Assembly: GCA_964019335.1 (NCBI GenBank)
Contig: OZ025672.1
Span: forward strand, 1-64,000
Direction of reading: 5' to 3'
DNA length: 64,000 nt
DNA from: Diplonema japonicum
Taxonomy: Eukaryota > Protista > Euglenozoa: Diplonemea
Shown: in pieces, positions 12,508 to 23,138 of the stretch
Position numbering within the stretch: the first letter of the stretch is position 1
Layout: the number at the start of each line of letters is the position of its first letter
The notes under the pieces: model-generated
The model's database searches: none
What the model was told of the DNA's origin: nothing
Seen by the model: the letters and a program-made list of their open reading frames with translations, nothing else
Translations under genes and position numbers: made by a program

Positions 12508-13368
12508 TTACATCTGTTGTTGCTGCTGTTCCCTTTGCTGCTGTTGCTGGAGGAGCTGAGCGACTGGAACGGCAACCAAGGTGACTGGCTGCGTCTGCTG
12601 TGGCTGGTGCAAGGAACTGACTGTTGCTGGCTGTACTAGTTGCACGTTAGCTGCTGCGTCAGGTGAGGTGGCTGAAGCGGTAGCACCTGACTGTGCTGCC
12701 TGTCTGGCATATTCCCTCTTCGCCTTCCTCACCGCTTTCATTGCCAGCTTCCGCGTCTTGTAGTGCTCCATCTTAGCCTCCTGGCTGGCAGGGTTGGACG
12801 AGTACTTCTTATAATTATGCCGTTTCTGCCCAATAACCTCCATGAGCTCAGGTGTGATCCATGGCTTCTGCTGCCCTTTCCTTCGCCACTGCCTTTGACC
12901 TGTTTGTTGTTGTGGCTGCTGCTGCAATAACTGCTGCTGCTGCTGTTGCTCCTGCTTCTGCTGTTGCTGCAACTGTTGTTGCAATTGCTGCTGCTGCTGC
13001 TGCTGTTGTTGTTGTTGATGCTGTTGTTGTTGTTGTTGTTGCTGCTGAAGCTGCAACTGCTGCTGATTAGCCAACTGCTGCTGCAGAGCAACCTGCTGCA
13101 TGGGCAACAGTTGTTGCATAGTCAACTGATACGAAAGTGGCTGCACCTGCTGTATGGGGTAGGAAGGCACGGCAGAGGTAGAAAGAGATGGGGAAGCCTG
13201 CAGCAACTGCAGACTCTGAGCAGGTAGCTGTTGATACACAACCTGCTGCATGGGGACGCTGGCTAGCTGCACTGGAGCTGTTGTCATAGGCAGGGCCTGC
13301 GCAGAGGAACCGGCATCACTCTGCCAGAGCGGAATCTTGCTTTCCTGTAATCCTTGGTCAGGGTTCAT
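12508..13368 (-). CDS. Polyglutamine protein with a basic helical domain resembling a LINE ORF2 linker
   Basis: 286-aa ORF with CAG/CAA tracts and the segment KPWITPELMEVIGQKRHNYKKY...YKTRKLAMKAVRKAKREY. Confidence 0.75.
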   Translation of the reverse strand: MNPDQGLQESKIPLWQSDAGSSAQALPMTTAPVQLASVPMQQVVYQQLPAQSLQLLQASPSLSTSAVPSYPIQQVQPLSYQLTMQQLLPMQQVALQQQLANQQQLQLQQQQQQQQQHQQQQQQQQQQQLQQQLQQQQKQEQQQQQQLLQQQPQQQTGQRQWRRKGQQKPWITPELMEVIGQKRHNYKKYSSNPASQEAKMEHYKTRKLAMKAVRKAKREYARQAAQSGATASATSPDAAANVQLVQPATVSSLHQPQQTQPVTLVAVPVAQLLQQQQQREQQQQQM

Positions 13369-13491
13369 GTCGTGAGGCGTAAATATAGAGATGTTGTTTG
13401 TTTGCGCTCAGTCTCCTGGTGGGGTGGCGTGGGTAGTAGTAAGCAGAATATAACCAAATGAGTGTACAAATACACTTTCTCTAAGTAGAAT

Positions 13492-16400
13492 CTAAGGGCA
13501 GTTAAGGTAAGCTAATCTACGAGGGACAAGACCACCATGGGCAGACAAGGCCTTGGCTGAGGGTGTTGGGGTAGCAGCGCTGCTGTTTGCGCCACTCGTA
13601 CGTTCTTCGAAGCCGTTCTCGAGTAACTCAAGCCTTTTAGTATACATAAGCCTTTCGCGCTTGAGCTGAGCGTCTGCGATGAATAGCGTCTCAACTTGCA
13701 TGTGTTTCAATGCTGTGATCTGCTCACGTAATCTGCTTAAGTCACCACCATCACCACCATCAGGGTCTACATCTGTGCCTACTTTGTGAAGGTATTTTCC
13801 TTGCACCTCATTCAGTACTTGTCTGGGCTCAATGCTGTGTTCAATATTCCTGACAGGGACAGTTGGTGGTGTGCGTAGCGACCGGCAGGTCAACTGCCGC
13901 TTTGGTGTGTACACTTCTTCATCCTCTGTCTGGCAGCTTATCTCCACAGTCTCTGTATTCATGTTGGCCATCACCCCGACAGCACTGCACGTAACTGCAG
14001 CCTGCACAGCTGAAACTGCGATAGTAGCCGACTTACCCGACTGTACTGCCCGCGTCCGTGTGGGCACTTGCACACCTATTTGGGTGCTTCTGGTGCAGCT
14101 TGACGATGACTCGCACTGCAAGCCCACATCACAGCCTTGAGCCTTTGGCACCTGAAGTGTCTCAACACGTTCGACAAGCTCCTCAAAGCTAGTCTGTGTG
14201 CACCCTGCTGCGTGTGGTATTGTTCGCATCACTGTGTGCTGTATATGCGATGCAAGCTGAACCTTTGGAGCGCCGACTGTGATGTTCTCTGCTTGCGTTT
14301 GGGTGCTGTTGGTGTTTTGAACGGGTTGTGGTATTTCGATGTGCATCGTGTGCGACGTGAGACTCAGTCTTATTGTGTCTGTCTGCGTTGTCATGGAAGC
14401 AGTGTCGTGACTCGTACGTGTTTGGGTGTCGCTGTCCTTGGTGTCAGGAACCTGCCGTGCTGTTCCAATGCACGTTGTGTAGGATGCGAGTGCTCCCCGT
14501 TGTGTTCTTGATTGCAGCACAACATCCGCGGTCTGAGTGCTGTCTTCGGCCCTCTGAGGCGGTTCGTATGTCGCTGAGCCCACCACCCGCATGAATGTCG
14601 TCTGCGGTGTCAGATTCACAACATTCTGGTGTCTTCTCGTACTTGTCTGTGTAGCGATGTCATTGGAGGTGCGCGAGTTGTTTTCAATTGTCTCCTTACC
14701 ACTATGGCCTACTAGTAGCAGTTGAGCAAGCTCTCTCTTTGCCATCAACAGTATATCATTGCGGTTCCTGCCTTCATTGACTCGCATTGACTTTCGCAAC
14801 AACGCCTCCTGTGACACCTTCCGTTGTGTTGGCACCACATCCCCTGCACCAGTCCTCACTAACTGAACCATCCTTTCGTGGTCGGACTGTATTCTCGCGA
14901 GCTCTTGTTGCTTCTCAGAGCACAGTATGGACACTTTGTTTCTGAACTCTCTCTTATCCAGGGCTGCCATCTCCGTCTGGTGTTGGCACTTCACTTGGAG
15001 GTCATCCTTCTCTGCTCGCATCCTAATAACGTCTTCACGTAGCTTGCTGATTGTATTTTGTTGCTCTGTAAGTGTCTGTGTCTTAGCCGCGACTTCATTG
15101 AGTGTTCTCTTCAGTAGCACAGACACCTTTGCAGCGTCTCCTTGCAGAGCAGCTAGCTTGTGCCCTTCTTCTTGCAGCGACACTCGAAGAGCCCGTTCTT
15201 TGGAAAGCGACGCTGAGACTTCTTCTCTCGCGGCGTTCAAGAGCGAGTCCTTGAGCAGCCCGAAGGTGTACACGATGTCCTTTAGCGACTCCGCTTCATC
15301 TAATTCCAGCATCTTAGTAGCAATCTCTGCCTCACGGATGAGCTGTTGTTGGAGTTGTGTAACATGGGACTCGGTTCTCTTACTGTCACGCAGCTGTTGC
15401 TTCTGCTGCTGCTTCTCACTGAGCTGAAGCAAGTTATGCAGCTCAGACAGCTCAGAACGTAGAGTCTCGACTGTTGCGCTATTCACATGTATAGTACATT
15501 CCAATGACGACACGTGCAACTCGGATTTGGTTAGCTGAGTGCTGAGTTCTTTTTCTCGTTCAGTTTGGCTGGCAAGGAATGCGGACTGATCAAAAAAGGC
15601 ACTGTTAAGACGCTCTACCTCAGCTTCCAACTGTTTTATGCGAGCCACCCCCTCCGTGCTCACACCAGCTGTGACCTCGCCCGTGTCCTGTGCCAAAATG
15701 GCGTTGTGCAGTGCGTCACGCTCAGCGATGCTTGTGGCCAGCTTTTCTTCAAGACCCACAACTTCATCTTGTGCTGCCTCAGACTTCCTCTTATGGAGCT
15801 TCACTTGCAGCTCTGCTTCCTCTAACATAAACAGCAAGTCGGTATTACGCTTCTGATGGCTTGAGAGAGAAGCTCTGAAATTGCTGATCTCCTGCTCGTG
15901 TTGAGCCCTGTTCGCTTCGCCTCGCTCTCTGAACGTAACCCCAATAACCTTTGCTTCCTTGGCACCCTCCACACTGATCTCTAACGCGTGTTGGAGCTTT
16001 TTGTTGTCTGTCGAAAGGTTCACAGCACGGTTCTTTGCTGCCTCCAATTCACACTCGATTTGTACCTTGTCCTGCTGCAACTCAACAAAGGCGGCACTGC
16101 GCACTTCCACATCTTCAGCCAGCCTCTTACTGACGACGTTCAGCGACGCTATCCGCGTATCCTTCTCGGACACCTCTCGTTGAAGCTGTAAAATGCTAGC
16201 GTCAAGGGCATCAGTTCTTTTGTTGCAGTCACGGATAGTCTCCTTCTGGTCTTGTCGTGCTTTGCTGAGGGCTTCATCTAAAATAGTACACTTGCTTTTT
16301 AGCATGGAAGCCTCTTGGGCACTGGCCCTTGCGTTTCTCTGGGCACCGTCTTGCCTCGCCTCAAGGACAGCCAGCTCTTCTATGATCTTGTTATTCTCGT

Positions 16401-19400
16401 TCTTCTGACCTTTCACTGCAGATATATGCTTGACGCAATCCGCTGAAATTTCCGCACAACATCTCATTACGCATTGTGTGCTCTCAGCAAAGATGCATCC
16501 CCTCCGTGCGCTCTCTTCGTGCAGCAACGTGCTTAGCTTGAATCTGTATTCCAAGTCACGTGTTCCTGAACTGTACATAGCCTCCTTGTCTTGTATCTTC
16601 TCCTCACATTCGCTGAGCCTTACAGCAAGCTCCCTGTGCTTCTGTACCGCCTTTTCCGCTTCCTTTTCCGCTCTCACCTTCTGCTCTATCTCTCGTTGAT
16701 TGTCAGCATCCCTTTGTTGGACGCGTGCTGTCAGTTCGGTGATCTGCTTGATGAGATTGTGCTTTATATCGGAGTATGTTTGTTTCTGCTCATCAAAAGA
16801 CTTGCGCTCTTCTTCCATCTGTTCCCGCAGCCGCCTTTGCTCAACAGTGGCTTGCTGCCTTTCATTTCCCAGCTCGTCGTGCAGTTCATCTATTTTCTTA
16901 TTGTAAGACATCCGCAGCTTGTTCTCGTGTGTCTTCAGTGCCTTCAGCTTTTCTTTAGTCTCCTCGACAGCAGCAGCATCTGTTGCTTTCTGAGCTGAAA
17001 ACTCAGCTGCTAGAGTTGCGACCTTCTCCTCACGTGCTTCGCTGTCTGCGTTAGCCTTCGAGCATTCGTCCTGTAGCGCTGCGTTCTGTTCCATCACCTT
17101 CTCCAATTTGTGACATGCAGTATCTCTTTCGTGCGCCAGCTCCTTCATTGCTTTTTGGAGTTCTTGCAGCTTCTCATTAAAATCACACCGGTTCTGTATT
17201 GTCTCCTTCTCAAACGCCTCTGCAACTGCTTTCTGCTCGTTTTCGCTGTTATGCAGTATCGCTATTGTTTCCTCAAAGCCCAAGCAGCGTCCTTTAAGTA
17301 TTTCCGCTTCGCCTCGCAGGGCAGCACCTTGGGACCTCTCAGACTCCAGCTGGCTGCTCAAAACATGTACCTCTCTCTCCAATACCTCGCGAGACCTTCT
17401 TTCATCATCCAGTTGTTCTTTTAAACTCACAAGTTCCAAGCTAGCATTCTTGTTCTGGTGTTGCTGTGCCTCTTTTTCCTTGGACCTTTTGTCTTCTGCC
17501 ATTTTCAGGCTCTGCTCGAGTGTTGCCATCTTTGTTTCTTTAGCGGACAGCATCTCTTTAATCTGCTCCACCTCAGCGAAAAGAGCTGTTTTGTGGCGTT
17601 GTTCGGCAAGTGCTTCCTCTCGAAGGGAAGTAATAAACACCTGTGTTTCGTCATCCTTCTCACGCTGCGAATCTAATGCCCTTGCCGCTTCCTGCTTCAG
17701 AGCTGCATTCCGTGACGTTTCCAACTGCAGCTTGTTTTGTAACTCATGCACCTCACGACCTGACGACTCTATCAACACCAAGTGCTCTTGGGTTCCCTTG
17801 CTCAGTTCATGTGATAACTGCTTCTCGCGTGCCTCGTACTTCATGCGCAGCTCGTTCATCTGGGCCGCATGCTCGTCAGCAGCCTCACGCTTGGCTTTTG
17901 TGTGTGCTGTCTTAAGACTGTTAAGATCTGAAGACAAGGAAGCTACCCTTTCTTTGTCTTCTCTTGCGGCGAGAGATTCTTCTTCCTGGAATATCTTCAT
18001 CTCTCTCTTTAATGATGTGTACTTTGAAAGGAGTGCTTCTTGCTGGTTCTGTGCAGTTGTCTCCTTGGAGCGCAGCTTCAGCACCACAGCATTGTGGTCT
18101 GTTTCCTGTTGTGCCAGCCTGTCCCTAAAATCGCAGATTACGCTATCAAGTCCCCGCCGCGTCTTTGTCAGTGTTTCTTTTTCCGCCGTCAGCAGCCGTA
18201 CCTGTTCACAGAGCTGCTTGTTCCGTGATTCCATGTCCGTCCTTTCTAGTTCAATGTTTGCAAGCCGGTCCTCCCTCTCATGCATCTTAACCTTCAGTTC
18301 CTCTACTTCTTTGGTGTCTTTCGGTGTTTTGATTTGCTTCCTAAGGGATACGATCAGCGAGTCACGTGCCGCCAGCTTCTCTGATAGCTTCTGTGCTTCT
18401 CCAGATGAGGCCTCGGCATCGTGCATTTTGTTCTTCATTATTTCTAGCTCATAGTCACGCTGCCTCAACAGGCTGTACACCTCTCGGAGCTTTGCGGCGC
18501 TCGTTGCCTCATCTTCATCCTCATCCTCTGAGTTCGTGGGCTTTCGCTCCCCCATCTCCGCCTCAAGGATCCTGTTCCTGGCTTCCAAGATGTTGATCCT
18601 GTTCTCTAAGGCGGACTGTATCTCAGCAAACCGGGCACTCTGATCGTACTCAATGTGAACACGTGGGGCATTCTTCACCAGCTTTGCACGCTCTGCGAAG
18701 AGAAGCGTGTTCTTGCTCTCGAACAGGCTGTCCCCCGCCGGTGACACTGTCACAATAAACGATGCGAAGCCCGAGCCTCCTAACGAGTCCTGCAGGAGCC
18801 GCGTCAGCTTGGAGTCCCTGTAAGGCACATGCTTCGACCTGTCAACAAGCGACTGCAGCACGTTGCCAAGCGCAGCCAGCGAGGAGTTGATGGACTTTGC
18901 TTCCTCCTTGCGGATGCCTTCTGAAAGGGACTTCTTCAGACGCTCGCTGCCTGCCAGGTCGACGATGCACAGTTTGCCTTTTGTGATATGCCTGTCGTGC
19001 AGATGCCTTCCAGTGACGTGGTCTGCCTGTGTAAGGGTACGGCGTTTGGCTACTGTTACTATACAACAAGAGTGGCTTCTGCTGGAGTGGGCGTTCATGC
19101 GGGTCAGTGCGGTGACGCGGGAACGCTCGGCCTTCTTAGACAGAGCGGCGAAGTCGGAGGGCTTGGCGAGCTCGTGGGACTGCGAACCGACAAGGAAGAC
19201 GCCATTGTCGGGGCATTCTCGAATCTGCAAGTTCACGGAGCTCGGCGACAGGAGGTCCTGGACAGCGTCCTGGTAAGTTTGGATCCACTCAACACTGACC
19301 TTGTATTCGTGCTGCGTGTCGCTGGCGATGAAGCTAAAGATGTCGTCAATGCAGCGTGGCATCACACCGCATGTAGGTGTTAGTGACTCCTTACACGACA

Positions 19401-19680
19401 CGCCTGCTGTATACGTCTTCCCTGACCCTGTCTGCCCATATAGGAAAACAGTGCTGTGGTAACCCGCAGCAACTTGCTTGATCCCCTGCACCCCGACTAC
19501 TTTACGGTACACTTCCTCCTGGGTGGAGCTTCCTCCAAACGCGCCATCGAACTGCCGTACAACATCACCGCGTACCCTTACGCCCTTCCCAAGAACCTCA
19601 ACACACCCTTCCCCCTCGCCCTTTAGGGGAGGCCGTACCCTTACATACACCTTCAGGTTCACACGCTCAGCCTCGTCCAT
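13492..19680 (-). CDS. Kinesin: N-terminal motor, long coiled coil and TQT-rich tail
   Basis: VYVRVRP, YGQTGSGKT, NAHSSRSH, VDLAGSER and HVPYRDSKLTRLLQDSLGG. Start placed at MDEAER after a CACAG acceptor. Confidence 0.95.
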   Translation of the reverse strand: MDEAERVNLKVYVRVRPPLKGEGEGCVEVLGKGVRVRGDVVRQFDGAFGGSSTQEEVYRKVVGVQGIKQVAAGYHSTVFLYGQTGSGKTYTAGVSCKESLTPTCGVMPRCIDDIFSFIASDTQHEYKVSVEWIQTYQDAVQDLLSPSSVNLQIRECPDNGVFLVGSQSHELAKPSDFAALSKKAERSRVTALTRMNAHSSRSHSCCIVTVAKRRTLTQADHVTGRHLHDRHITKGKLCIVDLAGSERLKKSLSEGIRKEEAKSINSSLAALGNVLQSLVDRSKHVPYRDSKLTRLLQDSLGGSGFASFIVTVSPAGDSLFESKNTLLFAERAKLVKNAPRVHIEYDQSARFAEIQSALENRINILEARNRILEAEMGERKPTNSEDEDEDEATSAAKLREVYSLLRQRDYELEIMKNKMHDAEASSGEAQKLSEKLAARDSLIVSLRKQIKTPKDTKEVEELKVKMHEREDRLANIELERTDMESRNKQLCEQVRLLTAEKETLTKTRRGLDSVICDFRDRLAQQETDHNAVVLKLRSKETTAQNQQEALLSKYTSLKREMKIFQEEESLAAREDKERVASLSSDLNSLKTAHTKAKREAADEHAAQMNELRMKYEAREKQLSHELSKGTQEHLVLIESSGREVHELQNKLQLETSRNAALKQEAARALDSQREKDDETQVFITSLREEALAEQRHKTALFAEVEQIKEMLSAKETKMATLEQSLKMAEDKRSKEKEAQQHQNKNASLELVSLKEQLDDERRSREVLEREVHVLSSQLESERSQGAALRGEAEILKGRCLGFEETIAILHNSENEQKAVAEAFEKETIQNRCDFNEKLQELQKAMKELAHERDTACHKLEKVMEQNAALQDECSKANADSEAREEKVATLAAEFSAQKATDAAAVEETKEKLKALKTHENKLRMSYNKKIDELHDELGNERQQATVEQRRLREQMEEERKSFDEQKQTYSDIKHNLIKQITELTARVQQRDADNQREIEQKVRAEKEAEKAVQKHRELAVRLSECEEKIQDKEAMYSSGTRDLEYRFKLSTLLHEESARRGCIFAESTQCVMRCCAEISADCVKHISAVKGQKNENNKIIEELAVLEARQDGAQRNARASAQEASMLKSKCTILDEALSKARQDQKETIRDCNKRTDALDASILQLQREVSEKDTRIASLNVVSKRLAEDVEVRSAAFVELQQDKVQIECELEAAKNRAVNLSTDNKKLQHALEISVEGAKEAKVIGVTFRERGEANRAQHEQEISNFRASLSSHQKRNTDLLFMLEEAELQVKLHKRKSEAAQDEVVGLEEKLATSIAERDALHNAILAQDTGEVTAGVSTEGVARIKQLEAEVERLNSAFFDQSAFLASQTEREKELSTQLTKSELHVSSLECTIHVNSATVETLRSELSELHNLLQLSEKQQQKQQLRDSKRTESHVTQLQQQLIREAEIATKMLELDEAESLKDIVYTFGLLKDSLLNAAREEVSASLSKERALRVSLQEEGHKLAALQGDAAKVSVLLKRTLNEVAAKTQTLTEQQNTISKLREDVIRMRAEKDDLQVKCQHQTEMAALDKREFRNKVSILCSEKQQELARIQSDHERMVQLVRTGAGDVVPTQRKVSQEALLRKSMRVNEGRNRNDILLMAKRELAQLLLVGHSGKETIENNSRTSNDIATQTSTRRHQNVVNLTPQTTFMRVVGSATYEPPQRAEDSTQTADVVLQSRTQRGALASYTTCIGTARQVPDTKDSDTQTRTSHDTASMTTQTDTIRLSLTSHTMHIEIPQPVQNTNSTQTQAENITVGAPKVQLASHIQHTVMRTIPHAAGCTQTSFEELVERVETLQVPKAQGCDVGLQCESSSSCTRSTQIGVQVPTRTRAVQSGKSATIAVSAVQAAVTCSAVGVMANMNTETVEISCQTEDEEVYTPKRQLTCRSLRTPPTVPVRNIEHSIEPRQVLNEVQGKYLHKVGTDVDPDGGDGGDLSRLREQITALKHMQVETLFIADAQLKRERLMYTKRLELLENGFEERTSGANSSAATPTPSAKALSAHGGLVPRRLAYLNCP

Positions 19681-20265
19681 CTCGATCTGTGATGTGCAGT
19701 GAAGGCTTGAAATAAAATTAGAAGGGGAAACAACTAACATTATGTGTACTTTCTTCGATTCTCTTTAACCTTGTTAGAGAGGGCTGTGTGCAAGGGGGAG
19801 AAAAATATGAAAAAATGAAGAAGATTATACTTATTATAATAAGGCTTTGTTCGGAAAGGTTGGGCGAAGGGCTTCGGCTTCCGACTCCTTGAAAGGTTGG
19901 TTGAGTGTATGGCGGCTGAGTAATCTTCACTATGTCGATGGTAGTGAAAGCAACCCACTGCAAAGAGAAATGAAAAAAAAAAAAAAAACGGAGGGGATCA
20001 AACAAATGGACTTTACAAAATAGAATAATATAGAAAGAAATAATACAATTTATTGCACCCCACCAGCCTTATAGCAATTGGTTGTATTTGTTGCCCCGCC
20101 CCGTCCCCTTCCCGACCCATATTAACTTCACTGTAAATAATACTCACTGCAACGGAGAACGGAGGGAGGGAGGGAGGGCGAAGGATAAAAAGAAATACGG
20201 ATCAAAAGGGGAAGGGGAAAAAAAAAAATAAAGAAACAAAAATATGCTTCCTTTCTTAAAAGAAC

Positions 20266-21183
20266 TCATTGCCTAAACCCACCGGCCGAAGAAGACCGCT
20301 TGAGGGAACTCTTTTTACTAGACACAAGAATATTATTACTACTGGTGGGGCAGAGGGTATTGCTGCTGCCAGTCCGTAAGCTGGGGTTCCTGTTTAGCAA
20401 GGCACCGAGTGAGCTTGGCTTGCGCTGGATGTCCATAGGTGTCTTAGACCGAATGCTGTCCTGAGGTGACCTAGAGCGAACTGGTTTAGTAAAGGTGGCA
20501 GACAAGGAAGGTGGTGTGTAATCATTTTGTATAATGTTAAGGCACCCGAGGCACGTACGAAGCTTCTTGACAAAGGCGATACACGATACAGCTCCTTGTG
20601 CTTGAGGGGCTTGCTTTAAGTGCTTTAAGAGCTCTGTGGGTATCGCGCCTGCTCTTTTGTCGGTCTGAGTCCCCACTCCTGTTGTTTTCACTCTTCTGTT
20701 GGCGTATGGGGTGCTCACCACCATCGGCATCTTGAGCACCACATCGCTGTTCAGCACGCGTGGCGTCATGAGCACTGACCTCTCTAGTGTGTCGTATTTC
20801 AACTTCACCATTTGTATCTCTGCTTCCTTGCTCATCACCTCCCCCGACAGCTCCACGAGCTTGTCGTGCAGATCACTGCAATATTCTTCCATCGCACCCA
20901 GAGCCGCGTGTGGTATCTTCTTCCCTCCCCGCAGCACCTCTTCCACGTACTCGGCATGCTGCTGCAGCACTGTGCTGTCGTATGGCCCCACATCTGGCAC
21001 CTCGCAGAACACTTTGTAGCACTGCCTCAGATGCAGCACCTCGTCATGGCTCTCTGCCAGCTTCCTTGTGAGATCTGCCACCTGGCTCTTCACCTCGTCT
21101 AGGTTCTTTTGAAGGCTCAGCGCTTGCAAATCAGGTGGAGGGACACCGCTGAACACCTGCTTCGTCGGGACACGGCGCTTCAT
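20266..21183 (-). CDS. Hypothetical coiled-coil protein
   Basis: ~305-aa ORF from MKRRVP with heptad pattern and a Ser/Lys-rich tail. Confidence 0.75.
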   Translation of the reverse strand: MKRRVPTKQVFSGVPPPDLQALSLQKNLDEVKSQVADLTRKLAESHDEVLHLRQCYKVFCEVPDVGPYDSTVLQQHAEYVEEVLRGGKKIPHAALGAMEEYCSDLHDKLVELSGEVMSKEAEIQMVKLKYDTLERSVLMTPRVLNSDVVLKMPMVVSTPYANRRVKTTGVGTQTDKRAGAIPTELLKHLKQAPQAQGAVSCIAFVKKLRTCLGCLNIIQNDYTPPSLSATFTKPVRSRSPQDSIRSKTPMDIQRKPSSLGALLNRNPSLRTGSSNTLCPTSSNNILVSSKKSSLKRSSSAGGFRQ

Positions 21184-21348
21184 ATCCCTCCCTCCCCTCC
21201 CCCGACCTTTGAGTTGGAAAAAGATATTGTAAAACAACAGGGATCACGCAGTTCCAAGGTATTCTCTAGTCACGGATTTAAAAGAGTGGAGAAAAAAAAA
21301 ACACTGTTGCCCTTGCAGCACACTTCTTCCAGCGCACGGTACGGTGCC

Positions 21349-22224
21349 TTACTGGCCATACTGTGGGGCGGGGGGCTGAGGTGGGGCAGGGATAGAAGGC
21401 TGCTGAGGAGGCATGTAAAGCACACCAGGGATAGGGGGCGGGGACGCGTAATAAGTCTGCGGTGCGACGAGCTGAGGAGCTGCGATGACCTTGCTGTAAA
21501 CAAGGTACGAGGAGGCGATGGTGAGAGCTATGGCAAGGAGCGCCACAGAAGACATGGAGAAGGCACCGTCAGGCTTGCAACACGATGCGTACTGTATGCT
21601 CACTATGCTGCGCTCCCTTCTGTCGGGGCTGTCCAAGCGACCCAACAGCTCACGCGAGTTGCTGTACTCCACGTAACCCTCTTTGCTAAGCCGCTCCTTC
21701 AAAACAGGCAGCATGGCAGGGTCGTAGAGAAGCCCCGTGTGTGCATAAGGTTCGTCCTTCAATAAAGCCACGCAAGCCTCCCCTGCTTCCTCCGCCAGCC
21801 CACGAAGTCGCTTGCGGCCCGACACGATGCGCCATGGGCTCAGCTTGTAATCATGCAAGATATGTATTTTCGTGTCCGGGAACTCTACCATGAAGTTCGG
21901 TATGGCATGCGGCACTGCTGGTGTCATCGTCTTTTGTTGTGTGTTCCCCATGGACTCCCCTACCAGTATTCCGTCGTATTTTGATATTTTGCTTCGTACT
22001 GCGTCCCAGTAGTGTGGGGTGCCGAGGTAAGGCAAGCCCACAAGGCTAACAATCTTACCCTCGTCGCTCATGAGGATCCGTTCCACGAAGTACAGCTCGT
22101 GTCCTTCCCTCTCTGCGAATTCGCTGTTTTTGAATGCGGGCCCCAGGCCTTGCGCGCTCCCTACACTCTCGCTGCATGATCTTCTTCCCAAAGATCTGCT
22201 GCAGACCAAGAACACTCGCCTCAT
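21349..22224 (-). CDS. Hypothetical protein, probably mitochondrial, with one C-terminal TM helix
   Basis: Arg/Ser-rich N-terminus MRRVFLVCSRSLGRRSCS; hydrophobic SVALLAIALTIASSYLVY; Pro/Gln tail. Confidence 0.75.
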   Translation of the reverse strand: MRRVFLVCSRSLGRRSCSESVGSAQGLGPAFKNSEFAEREGHELYFVERILMSDEGKIVSLVGLPYLGTPHYWDAVRSKISKYDGILVGESMGNTQQKTMTPAVPHAIPNFMVEFPDTKIHILHDYKLSPWRIVSGRKRLRGLAEEAGEACVALLKDEPYAHTGLLYDPAMLPVLKERLSKEGYVEYSNSRELLGRLDSPDRRERSIVSIQYASCCKPDGAFSMSSVALLAIALTIASSYLVYSKVIAAPQLVAPQTYYASPPPIPGVLYMPPQQPSIPAPPQPPAPQYGQ

Positions 22225-22947
22225 CTTCTTTTATTCTGCTCTTTTTCCTGTTATTTATTAAAGCCACAGCACGATGTTTGCACACCTTCTTTTTTTTAGC
22301 GATAAAAAGAATATCCCAAGAGAAAATAGGAAACGAAATATATAAAAAGAGAGTGGGGGGGGGACGAGAGGGACCGGGTAGCACGACTGAGGCCCTACTG
22401 AAAACCCCCTCATGAAGGGAAAAGGGTCCCTTTTGACTTATGTTGGTTTCTTGTTTGTTTGGTTTGCCCCCCCCCCCCCCCCCCCCCTTTATTTTCCCCC
22501 TTTGTTCTTTCTTTCTCCTTTTTTTTTCAAGAATGAAGAAGGCAGCGAGGAAGAAGAAAGAAGGTTGAGAAAGCCCTTTCCGCAAAAAATAAGAAATGTG
22601 TGCGGTGGATTCTGCCTTCTCTTTGCTTTTTCAACACATCCTCAAGCCTGCCGGTGGGGGGAGGGAGGGGGCGTGAACCGGAACAAAAGTAGGGGAAGTG
22701 GAGAATAGGGGAAACGAAAACTAGACATGTAAAGGCTCGCGTTTCGCATCCACTACAGTTGGGTGCTCCTTGATCTGCTCTGCGGGAGAAATAAATAAGT
22801 GCGTCGTCCTAAGCTCGCTGCCTGCCTTTCAAGGCGGACAGGTCTATGGCTAGTTTTGAAAAAGAAGAAAAAAACAACAACAACAACTACAACAACACAC
22901 CTAAACCTTTTTAGAATACAAACTGGAATAAAAAAAAAAAGACATTT

Positions 22948-22979
22948 AAGGGTACCTGCGGTATGTGGCAGGACGCCTG
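22948..22979. repeat. Dispersed 32-bp hairpin repeat, copy 2
   Basis: Matches 4281-4312; followed by a long A-run. Confidence 0.8.
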
Positions 22980-23138
22980 AAAAAAAAAAAAAAAAAAAAA
23001 AAAAAAAGCACCAAAGCACACAAATCTTTCAGCGAACAACAACCGGTAGCTGCTCTTATCGCTCTTCTTTTTTTTTAAACTCCTTATTACCGCTTTCCCC
23101 CTACTTTTTTGCACTCGGCCAAAAAAAAAAAAAAAAAA

